A stretch of DNA of 61,708 nucleotides, filler included. It is 6 parts of 6 records of this genome, joined end to end, with 100 filler letters (N's around TTAATTAATTAA, not from the genome) between each part and the next. Parts side by side here need not be neighbours in the genome. Positions count along the whole stretch, not along the records: positions 15,310 to 30,318 come from SRR2962707_3090; 5 more parts are not named here. One strand, written 5' to 3'. The number at the start of each line of letters is the position of its first letter. Position 1 is the stretch's first letter. This document shows positions 19,745 to 28,435 of the stretch, piece by piece. The notes beneath the pieces were generated by a model. It did not search any database. It saw only the letters and a list, made by a program, of their open reading frames with translations, and was not told where the DNA came from. A program made the position numbers and the translations under genes.

Positions 19745-20377
19745 ATGTCGAACAATCTGACCCGCAGCGGCCCGGGCCGCCCCAAAGACCCCGCCAAACG
19801 CGACGCCATCCTGGCCGCCGCCACCACCCTGTTTCTGGAACAGGGGTATTCCGGCACCAGCATGGATGCCATCGCCGCCGCCGCCGGTGTCTCCAAGCTC
19901 ACGGTTTACAGCCACTTCAAGGACAAGGAGGCGCTGTTCGCCGCCGCGGTGGAGATCAAATGCCAGGGACAGATGCCCTTGCCGATCTTCCATTTCGACG
20001 AGAGCCAGTCGCTGGAACAGGTGTTGCTGCGTATCGCCCGCTCCTTCCATGAACTGGTGACCCAGGACGATGCGGTCAATCTGATGCGGCTGATGGCGGC
20101 TCAGGCCGGGCAGGACCAGACCATGGCCCGGTTGTTCTTCGAAGTGGGGCCGCAGAAGACGCTGCTGGATATGGAGCGGCTGCTGGCGGAACTGGACCGG
20201 CGCGGATTATTGCGGGTGGCGGCGCCGGATCGCGCCGCCGATCATTTCTTTTCCCTGATCAAGGGTTGCCATGAGATGCAGGTGCTGATCGGTTGCGGCG
20301 AGCCGATGACGGCGGAGGAGGCGGAAGCCCATATCACCGATGTGGTGGCCATGTTCCTGCGCGCTTATGCGCCATAG
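19745..20377 (+). CDS. TetR/AcrR family regulator
   Basis: TSMDAIAAAAGVSKLTVYSHFKDKEALF HTH; divergent from the efflux operon. Confidence 0.95.
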   Translation: MSNNLTRSGPGRPKDPAKRDAILAAATTLFLEQGYSGTSMDAIAAAAGVSKLTVYSHFKDKEALFAAAVEIKCQGQMPLPIFHFDESQSLEQVLLRIARSFHELVTQDDAVNLMRLMAAQAGQDQTMARLFFEVGPQKTLLDMERLLAELDRRGLLRVAAPDRAADHFFSLIKGCHEMQVLIGCGEPMTAEEAEAHITDVVAMFLRAYAP

Positions 20378-22116
20378 AGACGCACGGCGAGCAGTACCAC
20401 CAGCAGTGCCAGCACGGCACTGACGCTCTGCCAGAAACGCACCGGATGGCGCTCCATCAGCGGTGCCCGGATGGGATGCGCCAGACCCGGATTGGGATGG
20501 CGCAGGTCATGGATAAATTCCGATAACTCCCGATAACGCTTGTCCGGATGCGGATGCACCGCCTTGCGCAGGGTTCCGTCCACCCAAGCCGGCAGATCAC
20601 GGTCGTCGCGCAGGGCACTGCGATAGCGGAGCCGGTTCTGCGCGGCCCGGGTCCGGCACTGGGACACGGCGGTGCCGTAGGGCAAATCCCCGGTCAGCAG
20701 TTGGTAGGTGATGACACCGAGGGAAAACAAATCAGAGGCGGTATCGCCTGGTTCTCCGAGAAAGTATTCCGGCGCCATGTAAGGCAGGGTGCCTTGCGGC
20801 GCTTCCCTGTCCCGGGGCGGGGCCAGCTCCGCCAGCCCGGCCACGCGGGCGGCGCCGAAGTCGATCAGGGTGACGGTGCCGTTGGCGTCGACCATCACGT
20901 TCTCCGGGCGCAGGTCCTGGTGCAGAATCTCGCGCCGATGAAAGGCGTACAGCGCGCGGGCGATCTGTTCCACCAGCCCCCGAACCGTTTCCAGCGAAGG
21001 GCTGGGGTGGTCGCGCATCCACTGAGTCAGGGTTTTCCCGTCCACATAGTCCGTCACGGTGTACAGGTAACGACGTTGCCGTTGCCTTGGCGGCGCCTTG
21101 AGAACATGGGGATGATCGATGCGATGGGCGATCCATTCCTCCATCATGAACCGTTCCAGAAAGGCGCGATCATCGGCGCGGTCGATGGCCGGGGTTTTCA
21201 GCACCACGGTGACGCCGCTGTCCAGATCTTCCGCCAGGTAGACGTGGCTGCGGCTGCTCGCATGCAACTCCCGCAGGATGCGGAAGCCGTCGAATTCCAT
21301 GCGCGCATGCAGCTCCGGCGGTAGCGGCAGATCGTCAAGACGGCCGGACAAGGCGGAAGATTCATCCCGCGGCAACCGATCGACGCGCAGGACCTGCACG
21401 GTCAGGTTATCCTCACTGCCGCGTTCGTAGGCCAGCGCCGCCAGGGTCCGCGCCGCCTGTCGCGGATCGGTTTGCGAGGCCAGAGTGCTGGTCAGGGTGT
21501 CGGTATCCAGATACTCGTGGACGCCGTCGGTGGCCAGCACGAACCAGTCCCCTTCCGTCACCGGCATGCTGAGATGATCGATTTCCGCGCGGGCGTTCAT
21601 GCCCAGCGCCCGGCTCAGGTAACTCTGTTCCCGTGACACCCATAACCGGTGGTCTTCGGTGAGCTGTTCCAGGACACCGTTACTCAGCCGATACAGACGG
21701 GCATCACCCAGATGGAAGCAGTGGGCGCTGTCCCCCTTGATGACCAGAGCGGTAAACGTGCATACGTAGCCCCGGTCCAGGTCATAACGGTATTGGCCTT
21801 GGCGGGTTTGCGCGTGCAGCCAGGCATTGGTGGCGTTGATCACCCGTTGCGCGGACTGCCGTACCGACCAGGTTTCCGGGGTGCTGAAGTAGTCTTCGAG
21901 AAAGCTGCTGACCGCGGTTTCCGAGGCGATGTGACTGACGTTGCTGCTGCCGATGCCATCGGCCAGCGCCAGCACCAGCCCCTTGCTGATCAGCGCCATC
22001 CCTTCGGGAATCAGGGCGCCGTGGAAATCCTGATTGACGGCTTTGCGGCCTTTGTCGGAGTACTGTCCCAGGGATACCTGAAGGGAGGAAGGCATGGCGT
22101 TGGGTGCTCCGGCCAT
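20365..22116 (-). CDS. Bifunctional PP2C phosphatase / Ser-Thr kinase with C-terminal TM helix
   Basis: PP2C motifs NQD, ADGIG, GDARLY, TDGV, DNLT; kinase motifs VLK, HQDLRPEN, DFG, APE; start uncertain (22116 or 22095). Confidence 0.9.
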   Translation of the reverse strand: MAGAPNAMPSSLQVSLGQYSDKGRKAVNQDFHGALIPEGMALISKGLVLALADGIGSSNVSHIASETAVSSFLEDYFSTPETWSVRQSAQRVINATNAWLHAQTRQGQYRYDLDRGYVCTFTALVIKGDSAHCFHLGDARLYRLSNGVLEQLTEDHRLWVSREQSYLSRALGMNARAEIDHLSMPVTEGDWFVLATDGVHEYLDTDTLTSTLASQTDPRQAARTLAALAYERGSEDNLTVQVLRVDRLPRDESSALSGRLDDLPLPPELHARMEFDGFRILRELHASSRSHVYLAEDLDSGVTVVLKTPAIDRADDRAFLERFMMEEWIAHRIDHPHVLKAPPRQRQRRYLYTVTDYVDGKTLTQWMRDHPSPSLETVRGLVEQIARALYAFHRREILHQDLRPENVMVDANGTVTLIDFGAARVAGLAELAPPRDREAPQGTLPYMAPEYFLGEPGDTASDLFSLGVITYQLLTGDLPYGTAVSQCRTRAAQNRLRYRSALRDDRDLPAWVDGTLRKAVHPHPDKRYRELSEFIHDLRHPNPGLAHPIRAPLMERHPVRFWQSVSAVLALLVVLLAVRLYGA

Positions 22117-22153
22117 GACCGGAGCACGTTCCTGTTGGTTTTCGTTCCTTGGA

Positions 22154-22963
22154 TTACAGGGAACGTTTCGGCGCGGTGCGCACATGGGTGGTATAGAGGG
22201 TCAGACCAGTGAAGGCGAGGCCGCCCACCAGGTTGCCCAGCGCGGTGGGGATCTCGTTCCAGATAAAGTAGTCGGCCACGGAGAAATCGCCGCCCATGAG
22301 CATGGCGCAGGGGAACAGGAACATGTTCACCACCGAGTGCTCGAAGCCCATGTAGAAGAACAGGAAGATCGGCATCCACATGGCGATCACCTTGCCGGAA
22401 ACCGTGGTGGAAATCATCGCGCCCACCACGCCCATGGACACCATCCAGTTGCACAACATGCCGCGGATGAAAATGGTGATCCAGCCAGCCAGGCCGAACT
22501 CGGCATAGCCCAGCGTACGGGATTCACCAATGGCTGCCAGCTTTTCGCCCACGGTTCCCGGCTCGGTGTTGAAGCCGTAGGTAAGGATGAAAGACATCAT
22601 GAACGCCACGGTGAGCGCGCCGGCGAAATTGCCCAGGAACACAAGGCCCCAATTCTTCAGGACACGATTGGTGGTCACTCCCGGGCGCCGGTCCAACAGC
22701 GCCAGCGGGGTCAGCATGAACACGCCGGTCAGGAGATCGAACCCCATCAGATACAGCATGCAGAATCCCACCGGAAACAGCAGGGCACCGATCAGGGGAT
22801 TGCCGGTTTGTACCGTGATGGTCACCGCCATGGCCGCCGCCAGGGCGAGGATGGCGCCGGCCATGTAGGCACGGATCAAAGTGTCGCGGGTCGCCATGTA
22901 AATCTTCGATTCACCGGCATCCACCATCTTGGTGACGAATTCGGAAGGCACTAAGTAAGACAT
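22154..22963 (-). CDS. Formate/nitrite transporter (FNT) family channel
   Basis: LLFPVG, DLLTG, GNFAG, LCNWMV, FEHSVVNM, GNLVGG. Confidence 0.93.
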   Translation of the reverse strand: MSYLVPSEFVTKMVDAGESKIYMATRDTLIRAYMAGAILALAAAMAVTITVQTGNPLIGALLFPVGFCMLYLMGFDLLTGVFMLTPLALLDRRPGVTTNRVLKNWGLVFLGNFAGALTVAFMMSFILTYGFNTEPGTVGEKLAAIGESRTLGYAEFGLAGWITIFIRGMLCNWMVSMGVVGAMISTTVSGKVIAMWMPIFLFFYMGFEHSVVNMFLFPCAMLMGGDFSVADYFIWNEIPTALGNLVGGLAFTGLTLYTTHVRTAPKRSL

Positions 22964-23036
22964 GGTCGCACTCTCTGGATCATCAATGTTTGCGGAAGGC
23001 CCTTAAAAGCGTCGTTCTATTGCTATGGAGAGGGTC

Positions 23037-23052
23037 AGCAAGAACCGCACCA
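23037..23052 (-). promoter_or_regulatory. Sigma54 -24/-12 promoter of the FNT operon
   Basis: Minus strand TGGTGCGGTTCTTGCT (GG-N10-GC). Confidence 0.72.
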
Positions 23053-23070
23053 GGAGCGCGAGTGAGTTTT

Positions 23071-23083
23071 TAAGTTGTTGATA
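23071..23083 (-). promoter_or_regulatory. IHF binding site
   Basis: Minus strand TATCAACAACTTA matches WATCAANNNNTTR, in an AT-rich tract between the promoter and the enhancer. Confidence 0.65.
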
Positions 23084-23139
23084 TAAAATAAGTTTTTATT
23101 TTTGTTGGTAGGGGTGATCAAGGGCCGGGCCGCACGCGT

Positions 23140-23180
23140 GGCGCCATTATGGTGCAGGGCGCCGGGTCCGTTTTGGTGCT
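23140..23180. promoter_or_regulatory. NtrC-type enhancer sites
   Basis: GGCGCCATTATGGTGCA (23140-23156) and weaker GGGTCCGTTTTGGTGCT (23164-23180), compared with the TGCACCA-N3-TGGTGCA consensus. Confidence 0.65.
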
Positions 23181-23256
23181 TTTCCGGAAGGGGGCGTCAA
23201 TTGTGCGGTGTCGGCAATCGGGGTAGGCTGCCGGCTTCCCCCTGCCGGCCTTCACC

Positions 23257-23808
23257 ATGCTTCAACACTTCCTGGAACACTTTGGCTATCCCGCCCTGTT
23301 CGTGGGGACCTTTCTGGAAGGCGAGACGATTCTGGTGCTGGCGGGGTTCCTGGCGTTCCATGACTATCTGCGTCTGGATCTGGTGATATTCACCGCTTTC
23401 GCCGGTGCTTTTTGCGGGGACCAGCTCTGGTTTCTGCTCGGGCGCCACCATGGCCGGCGGTTGTTGCGACGTAAACCCCGCTGGGAAGCGACGGGCGAAA
23501 AGGCTTTGAGGCTGGTGCGGCGTCACCCTGATTTGTGGGTGCTCGGTTTCCGTTTCGTCTATGGCCTGCGAACCGTAATGCCGGTGGTGATTGGCTTGTC
23601 CGGCTACCCGCCGCGCCGGTATTTGCTTTTCAACGCTCTGGGCGCCGCGATCTGGGCGACGGCGCTGGGCTTCGCCGCCTTCCATTTCGGTACCTTGCTG
23701 GAAGGGCTGCTTGGTCATCTGAAACGCTACGAGTTTTATGTCTTGGGGGCGCTGTTTCTGATCGGTGTACTGATGTGGCTGTGGCGCTATTTTCGCGCAC
23801 CCCGCTGA
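23257..23808 (+). CDS. DedA family membrane protein
   Basis: FLEGET, GDQLWFLLGR, RFVYGLR. Confidence 0.9.
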   Translation: MLQHFLEHFGYPALFVGTFLEGETILVLAGFLAFHDYLRLDLVIFTAFAGAFCGDQLWFLLGRHHGRRLLRRKPRWEATGEKALRLVRRHPDLWVLGFRFVYGLRTVMPVVIGLSGYPPRRYLLFNALGAAIWATALGFAAFHFGTLLEGLLGHLKRYEFYVLGALFLIGVLMWLWRYFRAPR

Positions 23809-23817
23809 CACAGGATG

Positions 23818-23883
23818 CGCTGCCAAGGCCGCTTCCCACAGAATGAGCGCTACGGAGCCGCTGTGGAAGCTGCCTTGGCAGCG
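23818..23883. repeat. REP doublet (REPIN-like), imperfect
   Basis: CGCTGCCAAGGCCGCTTCCCACAG ... CTGTGGAAGCTGCCTTGGCAGCG inverted arms with a GTGG tetranucleotide. Confidence 0.7.
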
Positions 23884-24045
23884 ACCGGCGTGTAGGCGTG
23901 CCCGCCCTCAGCGGTGGGACATCCATGGTCCACGGGCCGCTTTAGCCTTTCTATACTCTGAGCTCAGTACATATCGTTTTCCCCGAGCCCGTGGTCCGGC
24001 TACCTTGCGATTCTGGTTTTTCTGACAGAGAAGCGAGCCGGGCCC

Positions 24046-24669
24046 ATGATCACCGTATTCACGGATTCTTCCCCCAACGGCTTCAAGGTCACTATTGCCC
24101 TTGAAGAGCTGGGGCTGCCTTATACACTGGAACAGATCAATCTTCATGCTGGCGAGCAGCGCCAGTCGTCGTTCCTGGCAATCAACCCCCATGGCCGGAT
24201 TCCCGTCCTGCGTGATGAGCAAACCGGAGTGACGCTTTTTGAGTCCTCGGCGATCCTGTTGTATCTGGCGGAAAAAACCGGGCGCCTGCTGCCGGAGGCG
24301 TTGACGGCCCGTTGGGAAGCCATCAAATGGCTGCAGTTTCATTCCGCCAGCATGGGGCCGATACTGGGGCAGCGCGTGCATTTCGAGTTGTTCGCGCCGA
24401 CCCGGTTGCGCGAGGCTATTGATCGTTACCGGAGCTTGAGCGAGGAAGCCTTCGCCACGCTGGACCGGCATCTGAGTAGCCGGGTCTTTCTGGCCGGTGA
24501 CAGCTATTCCATCGCCGATATCGCCACTTTCGGCTGGACGCATATCGCCGTGATTTGCGGGTTCGGATTCGAGCACCATCGCCATTTGACACGCTGGCAT
24601 GATGCCGTGGCGCGGCGGCCGGCGGTAGGGCGTGGCGTGATGCTGCCGGCACCGGCCACCGGGCCGTGA
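24046..24669 (+). CDS. Glutathione S-transferase (YfcG/Ure2-like)
   Basis: SPNGFKV, INPHGRIPVL, LFESSAILLYLAEKTG, YSIADIA. Confidence 0.92.
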   Translation: MITVFTDSSPNGFKVTIALEELGLPYTLEQINLHAGEQRQSSFLAINPHGRIPVLRDEQTGVTLFESSAILLYLAEKTGRLLPEALTARWEAIKWLQFHSASMGPILGQRVHFELFAPTRLREAIDRYRSLSEEAFATLDRHLSSRVFLAGDSYSIADIATFGWTHIAVICGFGFEHHRHLTRWHDAVARRPAVGRGVMLPAPATGP

Positions 24670-24710
24670 CGTTTATTCAATATCAAGAACAGGTTCCAGG
24701 GTGATCAGGT

Positions 24711-25220
24711 ATGACGTACAGGGCTGATGTGTTAGCCACGCCGCTGGGGCCGATGATTGCCCTGGTTGATGAGCAAGGTGCTCTGGTGCGTCTGGAGTTC
24801 GTTGATGGGCAGCATCATCCGGCCAGTGTGCATTGGCGCGGCCTGTCCTATGTTCAGGATGCGGCGGCTGTCCGTCCTGTGGCGGAGCAACTGGACGCTT
24901 ATTTTGCTGAGCAATTGACGGATTTCGACGTGCCGCTGGCCCCCCTGGGTAACGCTTTTCTGCAAGAGGCCTGGCGTCATCTGCGGCGAGTGCCCTACGG
25001 CACCACCATCTCCTATGGCGAGTTGGCAACGCGGCTGCCCCGGCCCACTTCGGCGCGGGCTATTGGCCGTGCCAATGCCGTCAATCCGATCGCCATTATT
25101 GTCCCCTGCCACCGGGTGATCGGTGCCGACGGCAGTCTTACCGGCTACGCCGGCGGGATCGAACGCAAGCAGACTTTGCTTGAGCTGGAGCGCGCGCTGC
25201 CGCAGAGGCGTTTGTTGTGA
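24711..25220 (+). CDS. ogt: Methylated-DNA-protein-cysteine methyltransferase, copy 1
   Basis: PYGTTISYGELA, ARAIG, PCHRVIG, LTGYAGG. Confidence 0.93.
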   Translation: MTYRADVLATPLGPMIALVDEQGALVRLEFVDGQHHPASVHWRGLSYVQDAAAVRPVAEQLDAYFAEQLTDFDVPLAPLGNAFLQEAWRHLRRVPYGTTISYGELATRLPRPTSARAIGRANAVNPIAIIVPCHRVIGADGSLTGYAGGIERKQTLLELERALPQRRLL

Positions 25221-26114
25221 TCAGCCCTCTCCGCACGATGCCTCCTGTGCCAGCCATTCTCTGAAGAGTGTCATGGCCGGTTTTTCCTGTACCGAAGACG
25301 GCCACACCAGATAATAGGCGAAATCCGATGGCCAGGGTTGATCCAGAGCCAGTACCAGCCGGCCGGCATCGATTTCCGCCCGGGCATGCACGTCCCGGAT
25401 CAAAGCGAGACCCTGCCCGGCCTCCGCCGCCCGGATCAGCAGCAGCTCGTCATTGAAGGCGGGCCCCCGGTCGGCATGAGCCGGTTCGTTTATTCCCAGT
25501 GCCTTCAGCCACAGTACCCAGTCCGCCCGGTTGCTGTTTTGCAGTAATGGAAAGGCCAGACAGTCGGCGGGTTCCCGGATCGGTGGGCCCTGGGCCAACA
25601 GGGCGGGGCTGGCCACCGGCACCAGCACCGAAGCCATCAGTCTCTGGCACGCCAGCCCGGGATAATCGCCCAGGCCATGACGGATCGCCACATCCACCCG
25701 GTCGCGCTGAAAGTGGATCAAATCGGATGAGGCCTCCACGCGAACATCGATATCCGGGTGACGCTCGGTGAAGCGGCCGAGACGGGGCACCAGCCAGGAG
25801 GCGGCAAAGGACGGCGTGGTGCTCACGGTCAGTGTTTGCCGGGCGTTCCGGGCTTCCAGGCTGCCCAGGCTGCGTTCGATCTGTTCGAAGGCCTGGAGCA
25901 GGGCGGGATAAACCTGTTCGCCGGCTTCGGTGAGCTGCATGCCCTGGCGGGTTCGGATAAACAGAGGGGCTCCGATCCGCTCTTCGAGCTGTTTCAGTTG
26001 CTGACTGACCGCGCCGGGCGTAACCCCCATCACCCCGGCGGCGCGCTTGACGCTGCCATGGCGTCCGATTTCAGTAAAGGCGCGTAGGGCCAGTAACGGC
26101 AGAACCGCACTCAT
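25221..26114 (-). CDS. LysR family regulator (GcvA-like)
   Basis: PLLALRAF, VTPGAVSQQLKQLEE, WLVPRLGRF, DVAIRHG. Confidence 0.93.
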   Translation of the reverse strand: MSAVLPLLALRAFTEIGRHGSVKRAAGVMGVTPGAVSQQLKQLEERIGAPLFIRTRQGMQLTEAGEQVYPALLQAFEQIERSLGSLEARNARQTLTVSTTPSFAASWLVPRLGRFTERHPDIDVRVEASSDLIHFQRDRVDVAIRHGLGDYPGLACQRLMASVLVPVASPALLAQGPPIREPADCLAFPLLQNSNRADWVLWLKALGINEPAHADRGPAFNDELLLIRAAEAGQGLALIRDVHARAEIDAGRLVLALDQPWPSDFAYYLVWPSSVQEKPAMTLFREWLAQEASCGEG

Positions 26115-26289
26115 GATTTAGTTTGCCTATGTGGAATGTTTGAGAAAGATTGGATTGCTGTTCTTTCAAAAAAGGGAGTTTCTCTCTTTTGGTGTCATTT
26201 TGGAATTTAGTTTTTCTGAATAAAAAACAAAAATCTCGAGGTCCGAAAAGGGCGAGTAGCGGACGCCGCGGCGGGGTATGATCGATGCC

Positions 26290-27738
26290 ATGTGGATTGA
26301 CGATGATCAGTGTTACCAGGCCCTGCGCACCCGCGATGTTCGTTTCGACGGGCGCTTTTTCGTGGCGGTGTCCTCCACCGGCGTGTACTGTCGGCCGGTG
26401 TGTCCGGCGCGTCTGCCGAAGCGGGAAAACTGCCGCTTCTTCGCCAGCGCCGCGGCGGCGGAATCCGAGGGCTACCGTCCTTGTTTGCGCTGCCGGCCGG
26501 AACTGGCGCCGGGGGATGCCAGCGTGGACGCGAACCGGCGCCTGGCCAGACAGGCGGCGGAATATCTGGATGCCGGGGCGGGCGATGGGGAATCGCTGGC
26601 GGCTCTGGCCGAACGCCTTGGCGTCACCGATCGCCATTTACGAAGGGTTTTCCACTCCGAGTTCGGCGTGGCGCCGGTGGAATACGTGCAAACCCGGCGC
26701 TTATTGCTGGCTCGGCGCCTGTTGCGCGACACAGGCCTGACCATTACCGAGGTGGCGCTGGCCGCCGGTTTCAACAGTTTGCGGCGCTTCAACACCCTGT
26801 TCCGGGGGCGTTATGGGCAGCCGCCCTCGGCATGGCGACGGGCCGCGTCAGGGCGTCGCACCAGCGACGGCGAATTGGTCTTTCATTTGAGCTATCGGCC
26901 GCCCTTTGATTGGGAGGCGCTGCGCGATTTTCTCGCCGCCCGGGCCATTCCCGGAGTGGAAGGCATGGAGCGGGGACAATACCGGCGTACCGCGTTGATC
27001 CGGCGTGGCGGGAACGTTCACCGTGGCTGGCTGACCGTGGCGCCGGGGCCGCGCAACGGACTCACGGTGACGTTGTCCGAGTCTCTGGCACCGGTGGTGC
27101 CGGAGGTGTTGGTTCGCTTGCGCCGGCTGTTCGATCTGGACGCCCAGCCGGCGCTGGTGGCGCAACGGCTGGGTTCGCTGGCGGCGGCGCGGCCGGGGCT
27201 GCGGGTGCCGGGGGCCTTCGATGGTTTCGAAGCGGCGGTGCGCGCGGTGCTGGGACAACAGATCACGGTCAAGGCGGCGCGAACTCTGGCCGGCCGGGTG
27301 GCGGCGTCACTGGGCGAGCCGCTGGACACGCCGTTCGAGGATCTGACCACCACCTTCCCGGAGGCCGCCGTGGTGGCCGCCGCCGAGGCGGAGACGCTGG
27401 GATTGCTGGGCATCATTCGCGCCCGGGTGAAGGCGATCCAGGCGCTGGCCGCTGCCTGTGCCGAGGATCCCATGCTGCTGTCGCCGGCGGCGGATGTGGA
27501 GCGTACCCTGACCGAGCTCAAGGCTCTGCCCGGCATTGGTGACTGGACCGCCCAATATCTGGCGATGCGGGCGCTGTCCTGGCCGGATGCGTTTCCCGCC
27601 GCCGACCTTGGCGTGCTCAAGGCGTTGGGGGAGACTTCGGCGGTGGCGGTGAGACGGCGGGCGGAGGCCTGGCGTCCGTGGCGCGCTTATGCGGTGATGC
27701 ATCTTTGGTTCGGTGGCCAGGAGAACAAGACCCCATGA
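26290..27738 (+). CDS. alkA: AdaA-AlkA fusion (Zn-binding Ada domain, AraC HTH, 3-methyladenine glycosylase II)
   Basis: TGVYCRPVC and RPCLRCRP, AraC HTH, VLGQQIT, LPGIGDWTA, DAFPAADLG; start 26290 or 26278. Confidence 0.93.
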   Translation: MWIDDDQCYQALRTRDVRFDGRFFVAVSSTGVYCRPVCPARLPKRENCRFFASAAAAESEGYRPCLRCRPELAPGDASVDANRRLARQAAEYLDAGAGDGESLAALAERLGVTDRHLRRVFHSEFGVAPVEYVQTRRLLLARRLLRDTGLTITEVALAAGFNSLRRFNTLFRGRYGQPPSAWRRAASGRRTSDGELVFHLSYRPPFDWEALRDFLAARAIPGVEGMERGQYRRTALIRRGGNVHRGWLTVAPGPRNGLTVTLSESLAPVVPEVLVRLRRLFDLDAQPALVAQRLGSLAAARPGLRVPGAFDGFEAAVRAVLGQQITVKAARTLAGRVAASLGEPLDTPFEDLTTTFPEAAVVAAAEAETLGLLGIIRARVKAIQALAAACAEDPMLLSPAADVERTLTELKALPGIGDWTAQYLAMRALSWPDAFPAADLGVLKALGETSAVAVRRRAEAWRPWRAYAVMHLWFGGQENKTP

Positions 27739-28235
27739 TCGAATATCACGCTTTACCCACATCCCTGGGCGCCCTGTTGCTGGCGGCGGAAGACGACGCC
27801 CTGGTGGGCGCTTGGTTCGAAGGGCAGAAATACCATCCTGACCCGCGTCCCTGGCGGCACAATCCGGCTCATCCACTGCTGGTGACCGCCGCGAATCAGG
27901 TGCGCGCCTACTTCAGCGGGGAGCGCCGCGATTTCGATTTGCCGCTGGCGCCACGCGGGACCGAATTTCAGCGCCAAGTTTGGGGCGCTCTGAGGGAAAT
28001 CCGTTGCGGGAACACCTCCACCTATGGCGAATTGGCGCACCGGCTCGGCCGGCCCCGGGCGGTACGGGCGGTGGGGGCCGCGGTGGGCCGCAACCCCTGC
28101 TCGGTGATTATCCCATGTCACCGGGTGCTGGGAGCGAATGGCAGCCTGACCGGCTATGCTGGCGGCATCGACCGCAAGGCCCGGCTGCTGGCATTGGAAG
28201 GCGGCGGGCCGGGTACCGGCACGCTGTTCGATTGA
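27735..28235 (+). CDS. ogt: Methylated-DNA-protein-cysteine methyltransferase, copy 2
   Basis: GTEFQRQVW, IPCHRVLG, LTGYAGG; ATGA overlap with ada-alkA. Confidence 0.93.
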   Translation: MIEYHALPTSLGALLLAAEDDALVGAWFEGQKYHPDPRPWRHNPAHPLLVTAANQVRAYFSGERRDFDLPLAPRGTEFQRQVWGALREIRCGNTSTYGELAHRLGRPRAVRAVGAAVGRNPCSVIIPCHRVLGANGSLTGYAGGIDRKARLLALEGGGPGTGTLFD

Positions 28236-28252
28236 CCACTGCCGCACGTTGA

Positions 28253-28321
28253 TTCGCGAGCAAGCTCGGCTCCCACAGCGGCGTCGTAGCCCGCTTTGTG
28301 GGAGCCGAGCTTGCTCGCGAA
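28253..28321. repeat. REP doublet (REPIN) with perfect 25-bp inverted arms
   Basis: TTCGCGAGCAAGCTCGGCTCCCACA-N19-TGTGGGAGCCGAGCTTGCTCGCGAA. Confidence 0.88.
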
Positions 28322-28350
28322 GAATCGCTTGGGCAGGGACCGGACTTTTT

Positions 28351-28377
28351 TGTCGAAATCCGGAGGCGTGGTACGAC
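28351..28377 (+). promoter_or_regulatory. ECF42-like promoter upstream of the VOC gene
   Basis: TGTCGA-N17-CGAC. Confidence 0.5.
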
Positions 28378-28435
28378 TAACCGGGAACAGCGGCTCCGGC
28401 CATCTTTTTGACCACCACCTTGAGAGGTCCCGAAC

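Noticed and set aside
948-28235. A joint DNA-repair island combining ku-ligD with ada/ogt
   Set aside because: The two loci are on different contigs from different organisms, separated by an artificial spacer
28253-28321. CRISPR repeat, attC site or IS end
   Set aside because: Single inverted doublet with no spacer array, integron integrase or transposase; fits a REP doublet
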